Shown here: positions 11,850 through 25,109 of the stretch, piece by piece
How positions within the stretch are numbered: the stretch's first letter is position 1
How the letters are laid out: each line of letters begins with the position of its first letter
DNA from: Amphiscolops sp. MND2022
Taxonomy: Eukaryota
Reading direction: 5' to 3'
NCBI GenBank assembly: GCA_964187785.1
Contig: OZ076409.1
Span: forward strand, 60,142,001 to 60,206,000
Length of the DNA stretch: 64,000 bases
The notes under the pieces: generated by a model
Database searches by the model: none
Seen by the model: the letters and a program-made list of their open reading frames with translations, nothing else
What the model was told of the DNA's origin: nothing
Translations under genes and position numbers: made by a program

Positions 11850-13405
11850 TAGCTGCTGGGACTCCCAACTCTATTGCAGCTGCAACGCGGTATCACATCG
11901 ACGATCCACCTATCGCATGATTGTAACGGCTTACCCAGGAAGATCTTGTATTGGGCCGCTGATATGTATGGTTCTTCAAGGCGACCTTGGAGTCCCACCT
12001 CACCAACGATTAAGAGTGCTGATGGTTTCTACTGGTGATAACGGGTGCCACAATGGAGGTTCTGGAGTCCCGCCCCACTCGCGAATGTAACGGTTCGTCC
12101 CAGCGAAAGTCTTGGAGTCCCACTCCACTTCTATGATCCCATAAATCTTGTATCATCTAAAAAAATGATGTCTCTGAGATTTTTCGTAATGAGTAGCTTT
12201 AATATTTCGTTGAGAAATGCTCCACTACAACCCAATGAAACCCACACTTTTGTACGAGACAAAGACTGCCTGAGAATCAACAGAAAGGTTTAATAACTCC
12301 GAAAGAAAAAGCGAATCAACACAATCGAAGACAGCAGAGGTAAGTATGAAACAGAAATCACGGATGATTTATTAAATAAAAGATCAACTTTTTTCAACCG
12401 TTGATCTCGCTAGTTTTTAACTGTTTCGAAGTCATGTCAAGAATGAAAAGAGCAAGTTGATAATTAAATATTGCACATCAAGTAAAGAAGGCAATTATTA
12501 GACACAAACACAATTTCACCACCACGAATAATAGAAAGAATACAATGACAAAAAATAGGACATTGCGGACGTGATTTTATTCAGATGCATATAACACACA
12601 AAAACATCAAACAAGGCCTTCCGAAAGGTTGATTTGAGTAACCGTATAAAGAGGTTGTGATGTAATATAAAGCAAAACTTCAATAAAACTCGCCGTAAAC
12701 CTTCCCTCTTTGTATTGGAAAGAAAGCAATTGTTATTCAACGACAGTTTCGAAGGCCCACTTAACGCACAATTTAAAAACAATATTGTCCCATCGAAGGT
12801 CTTGGAGTCCCACCTCACCCCAGCAGGAACGCGATATTACAAAACAATGTCTGGGAGTCCCACCTCATTTGTAGCTGCAACGCAGTATAACGTCGACGGT
12901 CTCGAAGTTCACCTATCGCATGATTGTGACGGCTTCCCAAAGAAGATCTCGTATAGTGTTGGTGATATGTATGGTTCTTCAAGGCGACCTTGGAGTCCCA
13001 CTTCACCAACGATTAAGTGTGCTGATGGTTTCTACTGATGATCACACAGTAAGGAGTTTGAGAACGGGTGCCACAACGGAGGACTTGGAGTCCCACCTCA
13101 CTCACTGTTGTAACGGTTTGTCCCAACAAAAGTCTTGGAGTCCCACACCACTAACGCCTGAAGCTAAGGATCATGAAGAAGTTCTGGTAGTTACACCTCA
13201 CTGACAACAAAATCATGTTCCACGGTTATCTCAACACAAGGCCTTAGAGTTTCACCTCACCTGTAGCTGCAGATGGAAATCGCCAGGACAACAAAAAGCC
13301 AAACTATTCTCTGAAATCAAATTTAGTGTGCGTGTTCGAATTGCTACATACTTCATCCAAAGATACTTTTTCGACAGTTTAGTCATTTGATTTTCGTAAT
13401 TTGTT
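11850..13405. repeat. Two blocks (11850-12130 and 12790-13405) of a dispersed repeat built on a ~50-bp-period CTTGGAGTCCCACCTCAC motif
   Basis: Motif copies at 11856, 11986, 12061, 12111 and at 12801, 12851, 12901, 12989, 13084, 13134, 13183, 13243. 11850-12130 is homologous to 12850-13150. Confidence 0.8.
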
Positions 13406-13799
13406 ACCAAACACGACTTTGACTTCAGCTAAACAACTGACTTTTGAACTTTTTGCCAGGTCTGTTTTCCCACAAGACTCCTGACAGTTTCCGTCAGCAA
13501 AACAAGGCTAAAGAAATAATTGTTCACAATTTACAATGATCTAAAACATACTTTTGTTCACATCCCGAAACGTCAAACTTGGGTTACACATTCTAAGGAA
13601 AATAACTGGGTGTTTCGATCTCCAGGGGCAAAAACCAAAACTACAGTTTGAAAGGAAATCTAACGCGCTACAAAAAGTTGACGGCAAACAACTTTTTGGT
13701 TCGTTTCCCTCACGGTGAAAAATGCCTTTAAAGAGCCGTGGTGGAATTTCAGATTTCCATTCCGACAGAAATGTCATTTTTGGGAGGTACGTCCCTGCT

Positions 13800-14292
13800 C
13801 AATTTGAACGGTACAGCGTCGTAGTTTTTTTTTCATCGCTTCAATTCTCAAGTACGCTGCAAAATGGCGGCTGTTGTGCGCTTATAGTTGAGTGCATTTA
13901 CTAAGGAAAAAACGTGCACTTCAGGGTTCTTTAAAAGTTTGCGGGCTCATTTCTCCGGAACTACTTGATGACTTTTTTCCAATTGACACACGTTAGACAA
14001 TTCATGTATCTATACCTTGAGCCATTCGAACGTTTTTTGACAATTGTAGCGATCAAATAAAAACTTCAAAGGACACTCAATTTTGAAATTTCGTCGAAAT
14101 GTTTTGAAAGCTTCAACCTACCGTCAAATTCTCCCCCCACGGGGTTCTCGATGTCGCAGAGGCTGAAGTTTACAATTAAGTTTTCCTTAAGATGAGCTGT
14201 CGAATGCTGAAAACCGTTCGTTGATATCTTCCACATCTTCGCAAAATCAGGTTTTAAGTTCTAGTTTTGATTAGGAGGTGGATATTTCAAAC
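13800..14292. repeat. Dispersed repeat, old homolog of 20620-21092
   Basis: Collinear shared blocks: CTTCAAT..CAAGTA..GGCGGCT..TGTGCGC; CA.GTTAGAC..TTGAGCCA..TTTTGACA.TTGTAG; GCTGTC.AATGCTGAAAACCGT; GGATATTTCAAA.GG. Confidence 0.65.
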
Positions 14293-16235
14293 GGCCGTTG
14301 TATTAAAATTCTCTGTGTCGCTGCTGTCGGGGTAGAAAATTATCAATTCCGCGCGCGAAGAGAAGGCTGTTTTGCTGACACTAGTTGAAGTCTTCGCTGT
14401 AGTGGGTTGGTTGTTAATGGGTAGATGGTTAAACATTGATGTCTGGAAGGATGATGCATCAAAAAGAGGATGAAAAGGCGGCTGTGAATAAACCTGAAAG
14501 AGCGTGTCTAGGGAGATTCTCCTTGTTGCACGCAACTCCACTTGTTTTGATGCATTGGTCGCATCCTGTAGAATCTTGTACTGAAGCTATTCCCCTCAGC
14601 TCTTGGTCCTTCATCTGGCAAGGCAAACATCACTGTCAGCGTCGCCATAATAATAAACACTTTCCGGCTTTTCTATCGACGCCTGGATGACGGCCGTCAA
14701 GGTTTGCCGTTTCAAGCCACAGTACAGGCTACGTTTCATCCATAGGGGGTACCATGAACCATCCAACACGCAGTATTTCTGCAGTTAGAATCGAACATTG
14801 TTCGTGTTGGGCGACGGAGTTTCAATCCTTTTTAATCGATAAGTTAGTAGTGGATTCCCCGCTCGTAATGTAATTAGTAATACTCAGGTCGTTGGTAGGT
14901 CTCAGAGTTAACGGTTATAGTTGATTTGAGACGAACGCGACCTCCTTGAAATTTGTAACTCACACAAAGTGTTGGAGTATATTGCATTTTGGATACTCTA
15001 TCGCTTTGGATTTTAATGTACATCAGCAAAAAATAGTAAAGTCAACTAGTTAGTATGAAAACTAGGTTTGTACTTACTGAACAGTCTTCTTTGTTTTCCT
15101 TCTTTTTCCCACAGACTTTTTTCCTTGTAGTTTAATTTGATTCACATCTTCCAGTCTAAAAAACTTTCCTTAGTTTGTTTACACGAAATGGGTGTAGATG
15201 ACTTGTCAGGCAAATTTTTGTGGAAAACAACACTGGCGCAAAAGAGTATAAGAATGTTTAAAATGGAATTTCCGTTAAAAATTTCATGCTTCACGCGTGG
15301 GATTATTGTGAACGTCACTCATTCTCATCGTCGTCATCGTCAGAGTTAGCTTCTCATCAACTTGTGAGGTCGTTGGGACTCGTTGCATTTCATCTGCAAT
15401 GGATGTCATTCACGCAGCCTCAGATTCGTCTCCAGTCTCACTGCCCAACATTTGGCGAACGTATCGCTCCCGAACAAAAAGTTGTTTTCTTTTCACTGCT
15501 TTATATAACATTCCAAATGATATTAACGAACACAATGTCATAACACAAAAAAGAAGAGCTAAATTCTTGGCAATGTCTGAAGAAAAAGCAAAGAAAAATT
15601 GAAGCTACCTCGGTAATATCTTCTGAGACAGACAAAAAAACACATGCAGTCGCTGCAATTCGCTTGCATCAAAAATTCGAGAGGGCTGCTACTCGATTGT
15701 CTACGAAATGTTACGGGAATCTTCTGCAGGATCTTCTTCAGGATCTTCTGCAGATGGCGTATCTATAATTCAGTACAAACATCTAATCGACATATCATTC
15801 CTACGACTTGGTAGTAGGTAACAGTTGCTTGCGAACCCTGATCAGTGGGAACCCCTTGACGGGTTGTGAACGAGCTCTTGTCATTCACGGTGTCATCGAT
15901 ACATCCACACAAAACTTATAATTACTCTTTCAACTATACTAGCGAGTCGAATATTTTAGCACGTATTAGTTATAACACAGAACCAGGTTGGGTAAATATG
16001 CATTCAGTGTTTTATTTGAAAACAGAATTGATTGTAGGAACGACGACTACAACCATTCAATTCTAGCGACAAATGAAATGGGATTAACCATAAACTGTAG
16101 GAAAGCCGAGAGTGACACTGATGACACCATCTTCTGACTCAGCACCTCATGATTGTACAAGCTTGCGACAATTCACTATTCAGGCTCGTAAACCGATATC
16201 CAAATAGCGAGCTTCACTACTTCGGATGACTCAAC

Positions 16236-17060
16236 TCACCTGAGAATCATACGAAGACACAAATGTTGTTTAGGCCGTACCACGTATTCGTCAATGCCGA
16301 AATGAACTGGCGGTCGATGATTCCGTGTTGATTTTGCGTTCAACGCGTCGAAATGACTGTTTTCACTTTCCTCGACATCGTTTATTGGTGGGGAGGAGTC
16401 ACCGCCGTCATTTATCTCCTCATTTTCATGTGATGGACGTTCCACTTGCAAGTGGGGGGAAATTGATGAACAAGGAATTACCCATCAGTGAATTTTCGTC
16501 ACATTCGGGCTCAAACACGCAGAGAGCGTCGTCAAAGACACGTGTGGCCTATTATTTGTTGCTAGTGAGGAACGCAGGTGGAACAAAAAATGCGAAACTG
16601 ATGACTCTCGCTCTCGTTTTCCGATGAATCAGATTCATGAAAATAAACCTCATAAATCCGTTTACTTGTTACGGGCTTTTTGGACTTGCGCCAAACTGCA
16701 TTGTAAGTTTCTCGCTGACGTAAGATTTCAAAGGATCGAAATGAATGTTTTGCCATTTTCCCGGGACACCTCTCTTACAAATCTGATGAATCATCAATCC
16801 ACAGCGACTTGTCCAACATTGTACGGAAATGAGAGTGTTGCTCCTGGAACTTCTTTGCTAAGAGCAACTTTTATCAGGTTTCGTTTCCCCAACCAAAGCC
16901 TTGTTCGTAAACTCGAATTCATCTTTGGAATAAATTTGCACAGAGCCGGGCTGTGCCTGTTTGTACTCAAAAATTGAGAACGATGTGGGACTGTCCACCA
17001 TAGGGGGATAGAATGTTTTGGGAACAAGCCTCTCAGAACAAATTTTTTGCACGTTTTATT
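16236..17060 (-). pseudogene. Heavily decayed Ty3/Gypsy integrase C-terminal remnant
   Basis: Minus-strand fragments resembling CSER..KH..P, LRTRL, YNVGQ and the gypsy tail motif STRNHRPPVHFG. Confidence 0.45.
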
Positions 17061-18149
17061 CCAGATTTCCGAGTCGAATCACCTACTACCTTTTCGTTGT
17101 CGTGTTTGGCAAGGGCGAATGTCCTTGCTGACGGTAGTTTCGAATAGACAACGACGGGGGTTTGTACGGATAATTTTTAGCACATTTTCCGACTACGCTA
17201 AAGCTACAATACGGGTCTTCTTCTGACGATGATTGCGTTATGTTTAGTTGTCCTGTTGATCCTATCCTATTCGAATTCACCTAAAAGTTAGGAGTTAACG
17301 AGGCTTGCGAACATGAATTTCTTGGCTAGGCGAGTTTTCGATGCAATCCAAAGGAATTGCTACGTTTGTACTGGTAGTTTCTGATGCTGTTAATGTTTCT
17401 TCAACTAGCTAGTTACTTGAGTGGCCAGTCCCAATTACATCCGAATGCATATCGTGTGCATAACGAAATTTGACACGTTTTCGATCTTTTTGGAATTTTG
17501 CTTCCTGTGATCTCTTTGAAGTTCATGAGCTCTTTGCAAGGTTTCTCCGAAATTGCGTTCATGTGCATCTTCTTACAATTGTGTTTGACTTCTCGAATAA
17601 AAAACATCGTCAATAAATTGATCTCGCATATCCATTTTCTTTTCCTTAAGTACAAATTTTTTTCAAAAGTACATAAGTACAAAAAAACTGCAATCTGGCC
17701 TGCTCTTCTCGAAAACTCTTTTACGACTTCGTTCGCTCATTGACTGATATAAACTCGGACTGTGGAGCTCTCTGACTGCGATAATGTTGCATTTTAGGTT
17801 TAAGGGTTCAGAGGAGTTCAAAACGCGGGTCATAACAAACAGGTTCTTTTCCAATGTCTCTACAAGACGTTTCGGTCTCTTCAATAACCCAGAATGATAA
17901 ATAGGTGTGCATGGTTACGATTTTTTACCATCATTGCGCCTGACTATTGCTACTTAAAAGTTTTACCCAATCTTCCCAACAGTTGTAAACATTGCGACAG
18001 ATATTTTCTTGTATCATGGGCAATGTTGGATCAACAGTCAGTGTTTTTGTTTGGATTCGTTTTCAGGAAGTATTGAATTGTCGGAAACTACATTTCCCTC
18101 TGTGTTGATTCCTTTTTCAATTCTTCATTCGTCAATATGCATTTTGTTT

Positions 18150-18305
18150 CCCTTAGGATACATATGCCGCAACGAATTAGCAAACTCTAGCGCTAGTTCG
18201 ATTAACAGCCAATAAAAACGCGTTATTATTTCAAATACGTGTTACGTGTTTTGCTCGTTACGCTGTGTGATTTGGCGTTACACGCAGTGATCAAAATACA
18301 GTATG
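18150..18305 (-). mobile_element. Terminus of repeat family B (Helentron-like hairpin end)
   Basis: Reverse complement of 55370-55521 and 21480-21563 (ATAACGCGT..ATTGGC..TTAATCGAACTAGC..CGTTGCGGC..ATGTATC). Confidence 0.6.
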
Positions 18306-18374
18306 TGACTATTTCACCAAAAAGTAGTAGAAGTGGACTGAGAATATGGAAACTTACAGTTGTTTCAATTTCGT

Positions 18375-18607
18375 TCACATCAAAATCCTGGTATATGCAG
18401 TGTACAGAGAAGTTACAAAGTTCATCGCGTTTACATCGATAATCTATATCTTGAATTCTTTGCTCACAGGCAGCTAATAAGACTTAAAAAGTTCATCGCT
18501 TTCACATCGTAAACGTGAATAGCAATTCCTGGTTTATGCGGTATACACATAAGTTACAAAATTCATCGCTTTTACATCAGTAATCTATATCTTGATTTCC
18601 TTGCTCA
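18375..18607. repeat. Degenerate direct repeat, ~140-bp period
   Basis: TCCTGGT.TATGC.GT.TACA..AAGTTACAAA.TTCATCGC.TTTACATC..TAATCTATATCTTGA.TTC.TTGCTCA occurs twice. Confidence 0.7.
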
Positions 18608-19008
18608 TCATCGCTTTTTCGAAGTTCATTCATAAAATAATCTCAATCACTAGACAATATTTGTATATAATGATACATAATACAATGAGGTTTTTTTCTG
18701 TTCCTACCCTGATTGATCTGGCTTGAATCATCTTCAATAGCCAGTAGCGCTGTTGCCAAAAGGGCTATGTTAAATGTGAATTCACGCATGTAATTATGTA
18801 AAATAGTCAAATTAGTGTGAACCAGTCAAAATGAATAGTGTAAAACAGTCAAACTAATTTCCGATTGCCGCAGCGGCAAATACAATGTGAAGCGTTTGTG
18901 TTAAGTAGGAAAGCAAGATGATCTATCGTTTGTTTGGTGTAAAGTAGTCAAACTTTGATTAGTTTCCCCATTTTCAATGAACCATAAATCTAATTACTCG
19001 AAAAGTGA

Positions 19009-19316
19009 ATTCTAGTCACAGATTGACTACTTTACACTTCATTCACATTACGGATGAGTCAATTGTAGGTTGAATATTCTCGACTGGTTTCCACTTTTCT
19101 CTAATTACGCGTTCCACTTTTGCGGCATATCTATCGTGCTGTCCGTTCTTTCGAAGCGGCGGATTCTAGTCACAGACTGACCACTTTACACTTCATTCAC
19201 ACTACGGATGAGTCAATTGTAGGTTGAATATTCTCGACTGGTTTCCACTTTTCTCTAATTACGCGTTCCACTTTTGCGGCATATCTATCCTGCTGTCCGT
19301 TCTTTCGAAGCGGCGG
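19009..19316. repeat. 154-bp tandem duplication
   Basis: ATTCTAGTCACAGA...CTTTCGAAGCGGCGG at 19009-19162 and 19163-19316, few mismatches. Confidence 0.9.
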
Positions 19317-19609
19317 CCGATCCTAGGAAAGAAAAGCTAGTGGACTTACAAGTGTGTGGTTTACTACCAGCATGTTTTGACTGTTGGGTGCCATTGTGAT
19401 CTTCTCCGGCGTAGAAGCACAGCTGCTGCTCCATCTCAATTCTAAGTGCGCCAAAGTAAGATTTTTGTTCTCAGTAACTCTAACAACATGTTATGATTTG
19501 CACCACAACATCTCAATTAAACCCATAGGTACCATGCACGAGACAAGGTCTGGCTAAGTATCTACATTAACTCCGAAAGAAACGACGAATCAACTCAATG
19601 GAAGACAAC

Positions 19610-19890
19610 AGGAGTATGGTCTTCAGAATCCCACCTCACTTTGATTGAAGCTAAGGATCTTGAAGACGGTCTTAGAGACCCATCTGACTTGCGACAAAAT
19701 CTGGTTCCGAAGTTGTCTCAACAAAAATCTTGGAGTCCCATCTCACTTGTAGCTGCAGATAGAGATCTCCGACACAACAAGTAGCCAAACTGCTTTCTAG
19801 ATTTCAACTCAGTGTGTGTGTTTTAATTGCCACACACTTCGACTAAAGATATTCTGTCTGCCGTTTAGTCACACTGTTAATCGTAATTTT
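19610..19890. repeat. Third block of the CTTGGAGTCCCACCTCAC-motif repeat
   Basis: Motifs at 19621, 19671 and 19729. Collinear with 13130-13405, including the downstream tail. Confidence 0.75.
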
Positions 19891-20619
19891 TAATTATTCC
19901 TTTTGGGGGGGCTTAGTGTTCAGTAAGACAGTTTTTCCTACTTCGGTACTGAAAAATTGTCAGAAGTACAAATTCTCATCTTAGTTCCACTTCCTTGGCA
20001 ATCATGACTAGTAGATTTACTTCGTTTTCGACAAGATTAGAGGGGAGGTCTTTTGGATTCAACAAATCCCACATTTGCAAACACCACATTGAATTGACAT
20101 TTGTTTGTTGGACAGGTCTTTTTTTCAACACGACCTTATATCTCTTTTGATTACTCTCTTGAGCAAAAAATGGCTGAAGGAAAAAATTCTCAACAAACTA
20201 ACAAACTACAACTGTCTAAACAAATTTAGTTCGCATCCCAAAAAGTCAATTTTTTCCTACACTTTTTATTGGCGGTTCAAATGTAGGTGTTTCGATCAAC
20301 GGGGCCAAAAATGGATTATATAGATGGATTAGAAAATTAAAGAGCTTCAAAAAGTTGGCGCACTAACAATTTTTTATTCTCAATTCTTCACGTTGAAAAA
20401 AAACCTTCTTTAAGACGCGTGTCGATAATCAGTTCTCCATTCTGGCAAACTTTTGTCCAGAAAGGCAGAGAAGCATCTGTCCAGAAAGTCTCAGCTTGAT
20501 ATTGCCCAAAATGTGAGATGGGCGAATAGCCTTTTGGTAGTTTAAATTTGCTAAAGTTAAAAAGAAACCTCAACTTTCAATTTGTGGCAGTTTTTCGCTA
20601 GGACGCCGCAGCGCCATTG

Positions 20620-21092
20620 TTCCTACGTCGTTCATTCATATACTTCAATGCCCAAGTATGCAGCATCGAAGGCGGCTTTTGTGCGCCCTTACATTGAGTA
20701 CTAAGCAAACACACGCGAAAAACAACATTTTAAGCCATTTTGAGGCCAGTTTCAAGGTTTGCTGAGTCAATTCTCAAAAACTACTGAGTCTTATTTTTTT
20801 CCCTTGACCACATGTTAGACGACTAAATTTAATTGTTTGTTTGAGCCAAATCAAACCTTTTTGACATTTGTAGTGATCACATGGACATTTTGAACAAATT
20901 CATGTTTTGGAAATGGGTCGGGATCTTCTTTTCCAAGCTTCCACCGCTAGGGTTCTCGTTCTTGCACAATGTTCATATTTTCAACATAACCCTGCTTTGG
21001 ATGGGCTGTCCAATGCTGAAAACCGTCTGATGATGTTTTTCACAACTCCAAGAAAACGGGTTTCAGTTTTTATTAGAAGGATATTTCAAATG
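20620..21092. repeat. Dispersed repeat, homolog of 13800-14292
   Basis: Shares the collinear blocks listed for 13800-14292. Confidence 0.65.
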
Positions 21093-21339
21093 GGTGACGG
21101 GCATTTTCTTATTAGCTGTGCGTACGGATACTCACAGAGCGTTCCGAAATGTATTCCTTTCGCTTTCTAACACGCTTTGGCGAGTAGCATTCTTTGCTTA
21201 TAGCCCACACAGCGACGTTTCGTTCTCGTTTACCCCCAAACACATGTATTAACATAACAAACTGACAGCTATTTTGTTCATAGATAAATATGACTTCAAG
21301 TTTTTTGTCCAAATGCGTACCAGACTAAAGTGAATTTCA

Positions 21340-21563
21340 ATCAAGTTCCGTATTGATGTTCGAAGTGGAAATTAGTCAAAGTGCGTAATTGAATATTGTG
21401 TAAAGAAGTCAAACCACGAATTTTAATCACTTAGTGAAACGATTAATCAAATAGTGTAATGAGTATCGGAACGTAATGTGTATTTAAAATAATAACGCGT
21501 TGTTATTGGCTATTAATCGAACTAGCAAGATCTTGCTAGTTCGTTGCGGCTCATGTATCGTAA
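21340..21563 (+). mobile_element. Repeat family B end with terminal hairpin
   Basis: Perfect palindrome CGAACTAGCAAGATCTTGCTAGTTCG followed by TTGCGGCTCATGTATCGTAA. Homologous to 18150-18305 (-) and 55370-55521. Confidence 0.6.
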
Positions 21564-21735
21564 AGTCCTAGTTCAGTTTCTGTTGGTAAGCGTTCCTGGA
21601 ATTTTCTTCAAAAGTACTCCATACGTAGTCAGGTCCAAAAAGGAACATTTATTTGATCTAATTTTCCTTTCTTCGCAACGGTCATTGAGAAATCCGATGT
21701 CAAAGTTTCTTTACTAATAAAGTCTCATATAAAGT

Positions 21736-22584
21736 TGTCACAGTTCAATCCATAGGATACGGACGAGGACATGGCTGCACTGCTAAAATGACCAAGAGGT
21801 TATTTGGCTATTAAACTAGTTTTGAGTGAGAATTAATTAATGAAAACGAACGTCTATTTTGCGCAACTCTAAAATGCAAACTGAAATAATTTCGTATTTC
21901 CGCTGAACCACATAATCCACGTCAGGCTACAAACATTCTCAACCTGAAACTGGGATTAAAGCTAGGTTTTGAATTGAGACAATAATCCAATCTAAATAGA
22001 AAATAAGGACCTAACGAATTTTAGAACGAGAACATATTTCGATTTAAAACAGAAAATACATTTAAGACGCACATTAAAGGAAATACGCTTTTCCTTTAAA
22101 GGAATTTCGCCTTTCTTACGCCTTCACTTTGCCTTTAGTACAAAACTTAATTTGAAATATCTGAAATACTCAAAACATCATTTGAAACGTAATACTCTGA
22201 AATATCAATTCAAAATCCCAAAACACGAAATTTGTCATCAGGATGTCAAGCAGGAGCCAAACGAGAAGAAATGTTCAACAGGAGAGCGCCGAAAATGTTA
22301 GTAAAACCATAACTTCTCCAGTTTTGGTAGAAAACGTAGACTTGGTTGAACAGGACGTTGTAGTTGCAGAACCTTCATCCGCCAAGTCCGCTAGGATTGA
22401 AAATATCGAATCTTTTGAGAATCCCAAAACGAACTACTGAAATTGCTGAATCCTAAAACAAGCGAGAATGTTAGGGAACAAGATGAAAACACCCTAAACG
22501 GTGAACCTTGAGAATTTTATACACCATCAAGATCTGTAAGGATTAGTTTTACTCTAAACGACGACACGAACGCAAGTCGTAACA
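21736..22584 (+). mobile_element. Solo LTR of a Gypsy family related to 22866-39005
   Basis: Starts TGTCAC..GGACGAGGACATGG..GAGGTTATT and ends AGTCGTAACA, as the large LTRs do. Contains a gag-like N-terminus MSSRSQTRR (22243). Flanks AAAGT/ATTGT match only 3/5. Confidence 0.65.
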
Positions 22585-22865
22585 ATTGTTGTAGGTGGTG
22601 GCGGCAGCATTATTGCGTTAATACGTTGCGCGGTTCAAAATAGCTACGAAGGGTTAATTTGGTTGTCAACTGGACCAAAGACAATAACATTGACATTGGA
22701 CAGTAAGGCGAGGTACTTGAAATACATACTGTTATCTTTACTCATTTAACACCCGAATCATCTACCTTGCGGATGATATAAACTTTGAAAAACATCATAA
22801 TATGAGCGAAACATTCAATTATCTACAATGTTTCGTATGGTCTCTGAGTAAAACGGGGAACCTGG

Positions 22866-25109
22866 TGTCACGACCCGCTCCCGGTCGAAATTTTACATGC
22901 TGCTCAGGAGTTGCAGGCTTTGGACGAGGACGTGGTCGAGGTTATTATACATACTAAACCTAAACTAAATTTTGCAAAGTTAAACTAACTCTACTTACAG
23001 TACAACCAAAATTATTCGTAGAAAGCTTTCTATAAGTGAAGTCTAACGTAAGACTTACGGAATATTTTCAGAAATGATTTAGGACTAGCCAAAGTTTCCG
23101 GTTTAATGTTTTCACGCGTAACGCTACTTTCATTTCCGGTATCGTCTTCTGAATTTTGTCATACTAATGTAAATACTAAAACAGAAACATTTTCCAATCG
23201 GGATCATTCTTCTTTTGTCCCACACTAAAATGAAAACACCAAAAATAATATTTATCTCCGAGATCCCAACGGAGTGCATACGATCTAAAATGAAAAACAT
23301 ACAAAGTATAGGGGAGTTATTTCTCCAGTAATGGAGCAGTTGTCAATATTCACTTGAAGCCTCAGTCAACTGATTTTAAGCAAATGTTTACAACGTTATG
23401 ACAGCGTCACTCAACTGAGCTAATACTAGGTGTTTCTATTTATATGGACCAATAGCGTCACTCTTCAAATGAACTATTTAGGCTTGCGCTGATAGAATTG
23501 AGCTCGGTTGCCCCTAGCAACGCCAATTAGCTAAGAGAAAGAGAATGAATTCGCCTACGCGCTCCGCTTTCTCTCTGACGGCCTCCGCAGCTCAGCTGTA
23601 ACTAATCTTAATACGTACGGAGCGACTACGGAGCGGATTGTAAAATTGTATTCCACTGGCTAGCTATAACTAATCTTAAGACGTACGGAGCGGCTACGGA
23701 GCGAACTGTAAATATGAAGTATTGGTACAAAAGGAATTATAACAAAATCTCCCTTTTTGAATTGACGCAGTTAGGTGATCTTTGGAATAGAACTTCACAT
23801 GAAGAAAAGTTGTACTGTAAGGAAAACTGAAGTACTAATTTGACGCTACCAAATGTAACATACGGTTGACTTACGTTGCAATTTACTCATCAACAAAAGA
23901 ACTTCGATTGATCAGCTTCATTTTATAGGAGATACATTGTGGTAATGAATTTGGGAAATGCAACGTAAGATCAGCGCACTTTCCGAATGCCTTCCTATAG
24001 TTCCTTGTATTTGTAACACTGCAATAATCACGAGTCGCTATCCAATTAATATCAGTCCGTTGCTAGTTTTGATAAGTGGAAACTTTTACACGATGCTCTC
24101 AATTTGTACAGAAATGATGTTTTATACAAACGGATTGTTCCCGTTGTAAATGCTAATGTTTTGTGTTTTAACCCATACTGGTGCTAAAGGTATGGTGAAT
24201 GTTCGTTTAAGTTATTGATTGTAATAGGCCGTTTCAGCATCGTTTGTTCCTTTCCAATATTTTAGGTTTTTGCCCATTTTTGAATTCATTCACTCCGTTT
24301 CATTTCCGTCAATATTTTTGAGCGTCATATTTTTGCTTCGAACATCGATTTCCTAACTTGGGAAGTGACTAATTGAACACGCCGGCGTTCTCTAGTCGAT
24401 GAAAATTTCAACTAGACTTTTAATTTGCGTATTACGGAACAACAAGTATTACGGAGCATCGACGCAACTAGAAATTTTGATACCTGCTTTAATGACGCGG
24501 GGCTGAAATAATTTGAATACTAAGCTGTTTTTGATGAACAAACCCGATTTTTAGGATACTTAGGAATTTTTAGGTGAGGAACAAATGATGCTAGAAGGGT
24601 ATAAATATGTTAGGTTTTCATGTAAATTCAGTTAGTTTTCTGCGATAACACACTGTTCAAACTGTTCTGTTTCTACAACAATATTCTTCGAAGAATTCAA
24701 TTTTGCCGAAGACTTTGAATTTTCAATCTGAAAAAGGACTACTAGAAGCCAGAAACGAAGAGCCATAGCTGAGTTAGCCTCAGGAGAGTTTGACACCTCA
24801 GAACACGAGAACATCCCGTCCGGGATTTAATTGCAAGTTCTAGAAAAGCTCCCAGAACTCGGCCTGAAAATCTAGACGTGACAAAAACTTCTCTGAGAAA
24901 AGGAACTCTAGCTGATCTAACAAAAATATTAGCTGAGAATCAAAAGGAAAGGCTCAAACTAATAGCACCTTTGAGTAAAAAACGTCCCATTTGTACCAAC
25001 GATCAGGGATCTGATTCTGGACTCGAAAACCTCGTTGCGAGAACGTCAACAACTGTTAAAACAACAACTGTGACTAGCTCTAGAACTACCCTAGTAAACA
25101 GTCGTAACA
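22866..25109 (+). repeat. 5' LTR (2244 bp)
   Basis: Collinear with 36833-39005. Carries an extra ~60-bp internal duplication near 23595-23710. Confidence 0.95.

Noticed and set aside
12790..13262. CRISPR array
   Set aside because: Repeats are degenerate, spacers are related to each other and shared between dispersed copies, no cas genes are present, and the context is eukaryotic TE sequence.
14290..14800. Minus-strand LINE endonuclease remnant
   Set aside because: Only faint resemblance to the YRPP and GDFN regions; too decayed to support.
23958..24149. Conserved small protein MQRKISAL.. (also 37864-38055)
   Set aside because: The two copies exist only because they lie in the two LTRs; there is no independent coding evidence.
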